From an uncultured Candidatus Saccharibacteria bacterium (lineage in GTDB: Bacteria; Patescibacteriota; Saccharimonadia; Saccharimonadales; Saccharimonadaceae), in contig CAZETG010000001.1 in the NCBI GenBank assembly GCA_964514875.1, positions 12,187 to 76,186 of the forward strand: a DNA stretch of 64,000 nucleotides. Reading direction: 5' to 3'. Below are positions 49,496-57,154 of the stretch, one piece after another. The position numbers and the translations under genes were made by a program. The notes under the pieces are model-generated. The model saw nothing but the letters and a program-made list of their open reading frames with translations. It made no database searches and had not been told where the DNA came from. Numbering within the stretch: the first letter of the stretch is position 1; each line of letters starts with the position of its first letter.

Positions 49496-49611
49496 AGTCA
49501 GAGGATAGTGTATGAATGAAGCCAATTCTGACCAAATTATCCACCGTCCAACCTCACACCGTTCTTTCATAGCCTGACCACCACATTCTGAAAACAAAAG
49601 GAGTTGTCTGT

Positions 49612-49854
49612 ATGTTCCTGTTTCTTTTCAACGTCATAGGCGTTATCGCCGAGTTCATCATCTATATTTACTGTAGCAAGTTTCGGCAGGACAAGCGCAG
49701 CGGGCCTCAAAAGTTCGGGCTCAAGATCGCGCAATATGTGATCTACACTGTACTTATTATGATCCCGCCATACCTTTTCTATCCCAACGAGACAGCCGGT
49801 GTTCCACTCGTTATTGGCGCCATATTCTTCTTGGTATTGTCGCACAGAGGGTAA
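49612..49854 (+). CDS. Small hypothetical membrane protein (80 aa, 2-3 TM helices)
   Basis: SD AAGGAG 8 nt upstream, hydrophobic segments, and its own promoter and terminator. Confidence 0.5.
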   Translation: MFLFLFNVIGVIAEFIIYIYCSKFRQDKRSGPQKFGLKIAQYVIYTVLIMIPPYLFYPNETAGVPLVIGAIFFLVLSHRG

Positions 49855-49889
49855 ATTCTCACAAGACACGAGGTCAGGTTATCATTTTT

Positions 49890-49925
49890 GCCGCCACCAA
49901 TCCGTGTGGCGGTTTCCCTTTTCTT
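49890..49925 (+). terminator. Rho-independent terminator
   Basis: CCGCCAC-caatccgt-GTGGCGG followed by TTTCCCTTTTCTT. Confidence 0.6.
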
Positions 49926-50109
49926 CAACAGTACTATATGCTTGCTCTTCTGTCACTTCATGTCAGAAATATCTACACATCCTCCAAAAGTAAGAGTCAT
50001 ATCCTTGCTTCTCTCTGGTACTTGCCTCTTTTGTTATCTCGTACCGAGAATAACCGTATATCCTCAAGCATCAGAGTAATATTCTCATTATGATGGATAT
50101 TTACCATTG

Positions 50110-50322
50110 CGTGCGGAGCGGTTGTATGCATTATCTCCCCGGATCAGCCTTCCCCGGAATAGACGCAAGAATTTGGTCATCCCGTGCAATACTCACCGGT
50201 GAAGACTACGAAAATGCAAGCTATGATTTCTTCTTCAATCTCCTTAGCCTAGACTCACGACATTACAATCCACGCAATATGGCCTTTCCCCTCCGCTGTC
50301 TAGTACGGTAGGGATAATAGTA
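50110..50322 (+). repeat. PLRCLVR cassette c5
   Basis: 5' CGTGCGGAGCGG and 3' CCCCTCCGCTGTCTAGTACGGTAGGGATAATAGTAGGAAGG. Length 213 nt. Frame reads VRSGCMHYLPG..IWSSR..AFPLRCLVR. Confidence 0.9.
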
Positions 50323-50366
50323 GGAAGGAAGCAAACAAAAACACATTGAACGTAAGCGTTATTCTT

Positions 50367-50579
50367 CGTGCGGAGCGGAACCATCCTATACACCGGTAAA
50401 TCCAACGGTTACACTGGCGAGCAGGCCTTCTTTTCGTCGTCCCGTGTTGGTACCGACGCCAGTTTTCAGTACAGTATTAACTTATTCTTTAACGCTTCAA
50501 CTATTCACTCGTCTAATCCCGGCAATCTCCGGTATTGGGGCTACCCCCTCCGCTGTCTAGTACGGTAGGGATAATGGTA
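50367..50579 (+). repeat. PLRCLVR cassette c6 (tandem with c5, 44-nt spacer)
   Basis: 5' TTCGTGCGGAGCGG and 3' CCCCTCCGCTGTCTAGTACGGTAGGGATAATGGTAGGAAC. Length 213 nt. Frame reads VRSGTILYTGK..FFSSSR..GYPLRCLVR. Confidence 0.9.
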
Positions 50580-50732
50580 GGAACCATAAACATCATTGAT
50601 CGTCATTCAAGATTTAAACTGGTCAAGCTTGCTATTTTACTGGCATTTTGATAAACTAGAGTAGTTGTAAGGGGTAAGGTCGATTAGCCGCTGTTGCTAC
50701 CCTGCGCAACGCAGTCTTAAATAGGAGAATTA

Positions 50733-50828
50733 ATGCGTAGCAAAACAAAACGTCCTAGTATGCGCCGGGAAAAGCCTTTTCCGCCAGCGCCATGGCAAGA
50801 ATTTATTCAAATTGAACCTAAATTCTAG
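50733..50828 (+). CDS. Very small basic ORF (31 aa), speculative
   Basis: SD AGGAG 5 nt upstream. Frame reads MRSKTKRPSMRREKPFPPAPWQEFIQIEPKF. A strong terminator lies 18 nt downstream. Confidence 0.25.
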   Translation: MRSKTKRPSMRREKPFPPAPWQEFIQIEPKF

Positions 50829-50846
50829 TTTTATTTATACGCGCCA

Positions 50847-50882
50847 GCCTCATGATATGCCACATATGATGAGGCTTTTTCG
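50847..50882 (+). terminator. Rho-independent terminator
   Basis: AGCCTCATGATATG-cca-CATATGATGAGGCT (one mismatch) followed by TTTTT. Confidence 0.7.
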
Positions 50883-50977
50883 TTCTCAAAAACTAAACAC
50901 CCCAGCCGTTTAAGGTTTTTTGAAATATAAACGTCAAGAAGTCAGGTACGTAGGATATCCCGTTTACCGCACCTTCA

Positions 50978-51187
50978 TACCATTATCCCTACCGTACTAG
51001 ACAGCGGAGGGGAAAACCGTACCAACGGCCAGCGTCATTAAGAGATGGCGTAACAGACACACCATTGAAACGTAGATAGAAGCCAGTAGAAACGCTATCA
51101 TTTGGAGTGGTACGAACCGACCAATAGCAACCATCATTACCAGGCCACCGAGTTCTGCTATCGTAATGAGTATGTCCGCTCCGCACG
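50978..51187 (-). repeat. PLRCLVR cassette c7
   Basis: 5' TTGCGTGCGGAGCGG and 3' CCCCTCCGCTGTCTAGTACGGTAGGGATAATGGTATGAAGG. Length 210 nt. Frame reads VRSGHTHYDSR..YWSVR..GFPLRCLVR. Confidence 0.9.
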
Positions 51188-51327
51188 CAATATTAGGCAT
51201 CCAAGAATATGCAGACTTTTCTAGCATACGGCAATAAAAACAGACATCCAGGAAACTTGTAGACACTTATAGTACGAAACATCAAAAAGAACAAATACCG
51301 GATGTCATTATTATAAATCATTGGACT

Positions 51328-51540
51328 CGTGCGGAGCGGATTTAGTCACGACGAAGGAAAATTGTATGCTCTTGGCGATCAAGGTTACTTATGGTCATCT
51401 AAAACGGGTATAGGCGACACTCTGCAGAGTAACTGGTATTTTATATTCAATTCGGAGACTACCTATACTTCGATTCTAGGTCAGACAAGCCGCTATTACG
51501 GTTTTTCCCTCCGCTGTCTAGTACGGTAGGGATAATGGTA
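51328..51540 (+). repeat. PLRCLVR cassette c8
   Basis: 5' CTCGTGCGGAGCGG and 3' TCCCTCCGCTGTCTAGTACGGTAGGGATAATGGTATGAATAG. Length 213 nt. Frame reads VRSGFSHDEGK..LWSSK..GFSLRCLVR. Confidence 0.9.
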
Positions 51541-51577
51541 TGAATAGAAGATTTAATGCTCAATCAAAGAAATAGCG

Positions 51578-52309
51578 CTATTTCTTCTCCTCTTTCTTGT
51601 CTACCTTAATCCCTTGAGCGTCAAGCTCGGCATCGATTTTTTCGCGCAAATTGTCTATGAATTGGTCGCGTGTAATATCACGCTGCGAAATCAGCTCCCC
51701 CTTAAACATAATATAAGGCGTCCATTCCACTTTTGCCAACTCAGAGACTTTCTGATCAAAACTAATCTTCTTGGACACTTCTTTACTCTGCATATCCTGA
51801 CGAAACTTCTCGATATCGCCCTTGTTATCAGAGACCTGCATAAAATATTCTTCAAAAATCGGCTGGCGTTGCTCCGCACTAGCATAAAACCAATCATCAA
51901 GATTCGTATACATCAAATCCTTCATTTCTTTCCAATAGCCCTGATTATAGGCCGCCAAGGCCGCCGAGGCCGCCGCCACGCCATTGCTATGATAAGACAT
52001 AATCATCGTACGAAAGATAATTGCCACTTTTCCATCATATTCGTCTAACAATTCATTCAAATGCGGATTCAATGGCGCACATGCATCACACTGATAATCA
52101 CCGTATTCAATCAACTTGACCGGCGCATCCGGATCGCCAACGATCATTTCTGGAAAATCACCGCTATACTCGCTCGCCGGGATTTCCTGATTAATATCAT
52201 GCTCCTTAATCCAAGCCAACGCCGAATCTTGCTGCATTAAGCTAATTCCGACTAACGCCGCAAACACCACGACCAGCGCCGCAATGATCCCAATAGTTTT
52301 TTTGTCCAT
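51578..52309 (-). CDS. Membrane-anchored DsbA-like thiol:disulfide oxidoreductase
   Basis: N-terminal TM helix and the CxxC motif YQCDACAP in a thioredoxin-fold context. Confidence 0.8.
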   Translation of the reverse strand: MDKKTIGIIAALVVVFAALVGISLMQQDSALAWIKEHDINQEIPASEYSGDFPEMIVGDPDAPVKLIEYGDYQCDACAPLNPHLNELLDEYDGKVAIIFRTMIMSYHSNGVAAASAALAAYNQGYWKEMKDLMYTNLDDWFYASAEQRQPIFEEYFMQVSDNKGDIEKFRQDMQSKEVSKKISFDQKVSELAKVEWTPYIMFKGELISQRDITRDQFIDNLREKIDAELDAQGIKVDKKEEKK

Positions 52310-52372
52310 ATTTCCTCCGTTCGCGCTACCACTTCTGGCAGACTTTATACTTATACTAAACTAGCGCTTTTA

Positions 52373-52381
52373 TGCTATAAT
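52373..52381 (+). promoter_or_regulatory. Extended -10 (TGCTATAAT) 8 nt upstream of the ATG
   Basis: Sequence is tttaTGCTATAATtatatcatATG. Confidence 0.6.
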
Positions 52382-52389
52382 TATATCAT

Positions 52390-53379
52390 ATGAACGCCGC
52401 AAAGCCTAAGAGTTCATCCAGCAATTTCGTCGAACGTCTGCGTCATTTGGCCCAGGCCCTGCTCCAACGCTTGCAAAACCTCGGCAAATTCCTACGCAAA
52501 GCTTTCAAACAAATTTTTAAGACTCTTCGGCGCAGTTTTCGCAGAATTGGCACCTTTTTGCGCAAATCTTGGCAAAAATTCATGCGCAAATTCACGCGTT
52601 GGATTGATCCACACCTTGAAAAATATCGCCCGATTTCGCGCCCAGCGACCGTGAATCTCTCCACTGAAGAGCCGAAAGTCCGCTTTTCCCGCCAAGCTTC
52701 ACCCGAAGATACTCCTACAGAACGAACCATTCAAACTCCTATCATAGCCATATCATCGCCAAAACCAATCTCCCCCTCACCCGAAGTTCCGCAGACGCGC
52801 GCTGATCTTCTAGAAATTATCCAAAGCGCTCCTCTAGGCATTTTCGACCGTCATGAGCGTGAATTAATGGCCGCCGCGCTCAATCTTCCGACTGTCCAGG
52901 CCTCCGAAATCATGCAACCGAAATCCAAAATCGTCTATGTCAAAAAAGACGAAGTCCTCGGCCCGCTCACGCTGGATCGACTTTATCGCTCCGGTTTCGC
53001 ACATTTCCCAGTCAAAGATGAAAGGGGCGATATTATCGGCGCTATTCATACTACGCATCTCAATAATCTCGACATCCGCGAGTCCAGTACTGCCGCCGAA
53101 ATTCTCGATCCAGGCATATATTATATTCGTGCCGACTACAGTCTCGAGGAGGTTTTGAACACTTTTTTGCGCACTAATAGCTATTTCTTCCTCGTCGTTG
53201 ATAAATTCGGTAGTATTATCGGTATTCTCACCTTCAAAGATTTTTGCCGTTATCTGTTTGGCGAGCGCCCGCATGATAGTTTTGAACGCGATAATGATAA
53301 TCTCGCCGTCGCTAAGCGCAGTTTACCCTTACATGTCTCGAATCAGCCCCAGACTTGGCCTAGAAGGGAAAATAATTAA
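52390..53379 (+). CDS. CBS-pair domain protein with a very basic repetitive N-terminal region
   Basis: The C-terminal ~170 aa have a CBS-pair pattern (ASEIMQPK..VLGPL..GFAHFPV; ..FFLVVDKFGSIIGILTFKD). The N-terminus carries K/R/F-rich repeats. Confidence 0.75.
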   Translation: MNAAKPKSSSSNFVERLRHLAQALLQRLQNLGKFLRKAFKQIFKTLRRSFRRIGTFLRKSWQKFMRKFTRWIDPHLEKYRPISRPATVNLSTEEPKVRFSRQASPEDTPTERTIQTPIIAISSPKPISPSPEVPQTRADLLEIIQSAPLGIFDRHERELMAAALNLPTVQASEIMQPKSKIVYVKKDEVLGPLTLDRLYRSGFAHFPVKDERGDIIGAIHTTHLNNLDIRESSTAAEILDPGIYYIRADYSLEEVLNTFLRTNSYFFLVVDKFGSIIGILTFKDFCRYLFGERPHDSFERDNDNLAVAKRSLPLHVSNQPQTWPRRENN

Positions 53380-54737
53380 TGGCTAAATCTCACGTTCAAT
53401 TCACTTGTCAGCAATGCGGCGCTATTTACAAAAACTGGACCGGACGTTGCACAGCTTGCGGAGCCTGGAGTTCCCTAATCCAACAATTCGATGAAAGCAG
53501 TCGCGACGAAAAATCCGCCGTCGGGCGCGGACAAGTTTCCGGTAAACCCCTAGATTACGTCTCGATTAACGACCTCGAAGCTTCCGACAAACGCGAACGC
53601 TTACGTACCGGCTTCGATGATCTCGATACTGTACTTGGTGGTGGCATCTTGCTCGGCTCCGTTGCCGTCCTCGCCGGTCAGCCCGGCATCGGCAAGTCAA
53701 CTCTCCTCATGCAAATTTGCGCTAAAATCGCTCAGACCCGCCACGTCCTCTACGTTTCTGGCGAGGAATCCGCCGGTCAGATCAAAATGCGCTCCATTCG
53801 CCTCGGTGCCGAGTCCGAAAACCTCAAATTCGCCAGCTCCACCAGCGCCAACGACATCGCCAAGACCATCGAAGGCGGGGAATTTGACCTCGTGATTGTC
53901 GATTCCATTCAGACCTTGACCATCGCCGAAATTGCCTCTGCTCCTGGTGGCGTCTCCCAAGTCACGAATTGCGGCAATCTCATTATCCGCGCCGCCAAAC
54001 TTTCCGGTACCGCCGTCATTATCGTCGGCCACGTCACCAAAGAGGGAACTTTAGCCGGTCCGAAAGTCCTCGAACATCTCGTTGACGTCGTCTTACAATT
54101 CGAAGGCGATCGCTATGGCGGATTCAAAATCGTCCGTGCCGTTAAAAATCGTTTCGGCTCAACCACCGAAGCTGCCATTTTCGAAATGAATCAGCAAGGC
54201 CTCTGTGAAGTCGAAAATCCCTCCGCTGCCCTCCTCGCCGAGCGCCAAAACACCGACGGCTCAATTATTCTCGCCACCCTCGAAGGCACGCGCCCGATCC
54301 TCGTCGAGATTCAAGCTCTCGTTACCCCGACAAATTTCGGCTACCCCAAGCGCACCGCTTCCGGCTTCGATCTTAATCGTCTAAATTTGTTGATCGCCGT
54401 CGTCGAACGCCGCACCAAGCTGAAGCTCAACGATAAAGACGTGTTTATTAATGTCGTCGGCGGCTTGCGCCTGCAAGATTCCGCAGCCGACCTCGCAATT
54501 TGCCTCGCCATTGCTTCTGCTGTCGCTGGGCGCAAACTTGCCGAAGATTTCGTCGTCTTTGGCGAAGTCGGGCTAGGCGGCGAAGTGCGCTCCGCCTTCC
54601 GTCCCGATCAACGCATCGCCGAAGCCAAGAAGCTCGGTTTCGCTCACGCTATCGCCCCTGCCACTGTCCACGATGATTTCGTCATCCCTGTCCGCGACCT
54701 CCGCAGCACTCTCATTGAATACGTCAACGAAAGGTGA
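53379..54737 (+). CDS. radA: DNA repair protein RadA
   Basis: Zinc finger CQQCGAIYKNWTGRCTACGAW, Walker A GQPGIGKST, KNRFG and a Lon-like C-terminal domain. Confidence 0.95.
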   Translation: MAKSHVQFTCQQCGAIYKNWTGRCTACGAWSSLIQQFDESSRDEKSAVGRGQVSGKPLDYVSINDLEASDKRERLRTGFDDLDTVLGGGILLGSVAVLAGQPGIGKSTLLMQICAKIAQTRHVLYVSGEESAGQIKMRSIRLGAESENLKFASSTSANDIAKTIEGGEFDLVIVDSIQTLTIAEIASAPGGVSQVTNCGNLIIRAAKLSGTAVIIVGHVTKEGTLAGPKVLEHLVDVVLQFEGDRYGGFKIVRAVKNRFGSTTEAAIFEMNQQGLCEVENPSAALLAERQNTDGSIILATLEGTRPILVEIQALVTPTNFGYPKRTASGFDLNRLNLLIAVVERRTKLKLNDKDVFINVVGGLRLQDSAADLAICLAIASAVAGRKLAEDFVVFGEVGLGGEVRSAFRPDQRIAEAKKLGFAHAIAPATVHDDFVIPVRDLRSTLIEYVNER

Positions 54738-54739
54738 CT

Positions 54740-55222
54740 ATGCGCATCCTCGGTATCGATCCGGGCACGGGTATTTGCGGCTTTGGCGTAATCGAAGGTC
54801 GCAAAGCTCTCGATTATGGCGTCATTGCCACGCCCGCACACACACCTCTCCCCGATCGCCTCGAAGATATTTATAATTCGCTCCACGAAATTATCGAATT
54901 AAACCGGCCTCATGTAATGTCGATCGAAAAGCTCTTCTTCAAGCAAAACATCACCACCGGCATTTCCGTCGCCGAAGCCCGCGGCGTTTGCCTACTTGTC
55001 GCCAAACAGCATCATCTGCCAATTTTTGAGTATAGCCCTAATCAGATCAAAAGTGCTATTTGCGGCTACGGCATGGCTCATAAGCCCCAAATTCAGGAAA
55101 TGGTCCGCCTCCATCTGAATCTCGAGACCGCCCCACAGCCCGACGACGCCGCCGACGCTCTCGCCGCCGCTATCGTCCACTCTCTGATCGGTCGTCACGG
55201 CCAAGAGACGGCCTACAAGTAA
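54740..55222 (+). CDS. ruvC: Holliday junction resolvase RuvC
   Basis: MRILGIDPGTG.. N-terminus and the catalytic acidic pattern (..DAADALA..). The ATG at 54740 sits behind AAAGGTGA. Confidence 0.9.
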   Translation: MRILGIDPGTGICGFGVIEGRKALDYGVIATPAHTPLPDRLEDIYNSLHEIIELNRPHVMSIEKLFFKQNITTGISVAEARGVCLLVAKQHHLPIFEYSPNQIKSAICGYGMAHKPQIQEMVRLHLNLETAPQPDDAADALAAAIVHSLIGRHGQETAYK

Positions 55223-55329
55223 AACACATGGCTATTGAAGCAAATTGTTAAAAACATCACAAAACATTGTAAAAATCACAACAAAATAGGCGGACTATAT
55301 TTGAAAGTGCCAATTTTCTCGCCAAACTA

Positions 55330-55358
55330 TTGACTTTTCTACAAAATTGTGCTACAAT
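55330..55358 (+). promoter_or_regulatory. Consensus promoter TTGACT-17-TGcTACAAT
   Basis: TTGACTtttctacaaaattgTGCTACAAT. It reads through the antisense strand of cassette c9 toward the gene at 55662. Confidence 0.65.
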
Positions 55359-55390
55359 AGAAAAATAAGAGTACCTTCTCAACTCTTCGC

Positions 55391-55603
55391 TACCATTATC
55401 CCTACCGTACTAGACAGCGGAGGGGGAAACCGAGCCAGCGTTGATCCCGAAAGGACGGATTTACAGTACCTGAATCAGGAAAATCAAGCCCGAAAGCATC
55501 ATGAAAGCCTTCATCATAGACCGTACGTGAAGACCAAGCGACGATAATAGCGCCAGCATTCGGACTAACACGGCCAACATCCCACACTGAAGCGCTCCGC
55601 ACG
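55391..55603 (-). repeat. PLRCLVR cassette c9
   Basis: 5' TTTTCGTGCGGAGCGC and 3' CCCCTCCGCTGTCTAGTACGGTAGGGATAATGGTAGCGAAG. Length 213 nt. Frame reads VRSASVWDVGRVSPNAGAIIVAWSSR..GFPLRCLVR. Confidence 0.9.
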
Positions 55604-55661
55604 AAAATCTCACTTTTTCCAATATTCATGATAAAATAAATAAAAGAATAAGGAGAAATCT

Positions 55662-56057
55662 ATGCACAAAAACGCCATTCTAAAACTTAGCGCTATCATT
55701 TTTGGGTTTGCACTAATAGTCAGCGGCAGCTCACAATCGGTTTACGCTATCGTCGAATGCCCTAATGGGCAAACCGCCGAAGCTTTAGAATATTGCCCTG
55801 AACCGCTCAACGAAGAAGACGATATTACGCCGACTTCCGACGAGGATGCCGTTGTCACCTCTGACGAAGACAATCAAGATGACCAAAACAGCGAAGGCGC
55901 TGGTGATCAACAGCCTAACGATCCTAGCAAAGAGCCTCCGATCGAAGATGACGAAGAAGAGGCAGAAGCTTGGCCTATGTACGTCGCTTTCGGCGCACTC
56001 GGCATAACACTTGTGCTAGTTATTATCATTAATTTGCTTGGTCGAAAGAAAAAATAA
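55662..56057 (+). CDS. Hypothetical secreted/anchored acidic protein
   Basis: SD AAGGAG. Signal-like N-terminus, a D/E-rich middle, and a C-terminal TM helix followed by KKK. Its stop abuts the ruvA ATG. Confidence 0.6.
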   Translation: MHKNAILKLSAIIFGFALIVSGSSQSVYAIVECPNGQTAEALEYCPEPLNEEDDITPTSDEDAVVTSDEDNQDDQNSEGAGDQQPNDPSKEPPIEDDEEEAEAWPMYVAFGALGITLVLVIIINLLGRKKK

Positions 56058-56639
56058 ATGATCGCGCATCTCCTCGGCACCATTACCGAAAAACTCGACA
56101 CTTCCGTGATTATCGACGTCCAAGGAGTAGGATACGAAGTTTCTATCTCTGCTCCTGATGCCGAGGCGATCAATCTCAACGACTGCATTAAATTCTATAC
56201 TTATCATGCTCTTCGCGAGAATTCCGAAGAGCTCTACGGTTTCTCCAGTCTCGCCGCCAAAAAAATGTTCGAAATGCTTATTTCAGTCAATGGTATTGGT
56301 CCAAAAGCCGCAATGAATATTCTTAGCCTCGGCACGCCCGAAGAAGTGCGTAATGCTATCGCTAATACCGATGCAGCCTTTATTTCCAAAGCCAGCGGCG
56401 TCGGCAAAAAATCCGCTGAACGTGTCATTGTCGATTTGCGAGACAAAGTTGGCATTCCTTCACATTACGGCGCCACCACTACGAAATTCTCCATTTCCGC
56501 TGCTCCACCCCACGACGAAGCCCTTGACGCCTTAATTGCTCTCGGTTTTCCGCTCAAAGAAGCTACCGCCGCCCTCGCCGATATCGATCCAAACCTTTCC
56601 GTCGAAGATCGCATCCGTCAAGCCTTGAAACAAAGGTAA
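56058..56639 (+). CDS. ruvA: Holliday junction DNA helicase subunit RuvA
   Basis: MIAHLLGTI..VIIDVQGVGYEV.. OB domain and two HhH motifs (VNGIGPKAA, ASGVGKKSAERV). Confidence 0.9.
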   Translation: MIAHLLGTITEKLDTSVIIDVQGVGYEVSISAPDAEAINLNDCIKFYTYHALRENSEELYGFSSLAAKKMFEMLISVNGIGPKAAMNILSLGTPEEVRNAIANTDAAFISKASGVGKKSAERVIVDLRDKVGIPSHYGATTTKFSISAAPPHDEALDALIALGFPLKEATAALADIDPNLSVEDRIRQALKQR

Positions 56640-56716
56640 TTCTGACAGATAACCCCTTCTCAAAATCAAAAAAGTATGCTAAAATAATGAGAGATTGTAA
56701 ATATAAAGGTTAAATT

Positions 56717-57151
56717 ATGAGTTCCATAGATTTGAAAAAGATTGGCGACGCCCAGAAGAAACCAGCCGTTGTTGATGTACGCTCTGGAGATACCGTTCGC
56801 GTTACCCAAAAAATTAAAGAAGGCGAGAAGTTTCGTTCTCAGGTTTTTGAAGGGGTTGTTCTTCGCACTGATCGTAAGAATTCCCATACCGCACGCATTA
56901 CGGTCCGCAAAGTCACATCTGGCGTTGGCGTAGAAAAATCATTCTTAATCCACAGCCCGCTTGTCGAAAAAATCGAGATCATTCACCGCGCTAAAGTCCG
57001 CCGCAAGAATCTCACCTTCCTGCGCGAGCGCTCTGGTAAATCCGCTCGTCTCGTCAATAAGGCAATCGATCGCGCTACCTTGAACGCTTTACCAGAAGCT
57101 AAACCTGCCGCAGAAGCCGTTGCTCAGCCGGAAACAGTCGCTGCCGAATAA
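56717..57151 (+). CDS. rplS: 50S ribosomal protein L19 with a C-terminal extension
   Basis: VRSGDTVRVTQKIKEGEKFRSQVFEGVVL..RKVTSGVGVEKSF pattern. Confidence 0.95.
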   Translation: MSSIDLKKIGDAQKKPAVVDVRSGDTVRVTQKIKEGEKFRSQVFEGVVLRTDRKNSHTARITVRKVTSGVGVEKSFLIHSPLVEKIEIIHRAKVRRKNLTFLRERSGKSARLVNKAIDRATLNALPEAKPAAEAVAQPETVAAE

Positions 57152-57154
57152 TTC

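Noticed and set aside
50290-51540. The repeated ~35-nt blocks could be CRISPR repeats.
   Set aside because: The blocks are hundreds of nt to many kb apart, on both strands, always attached to the same coding module, and no cas genes are present.
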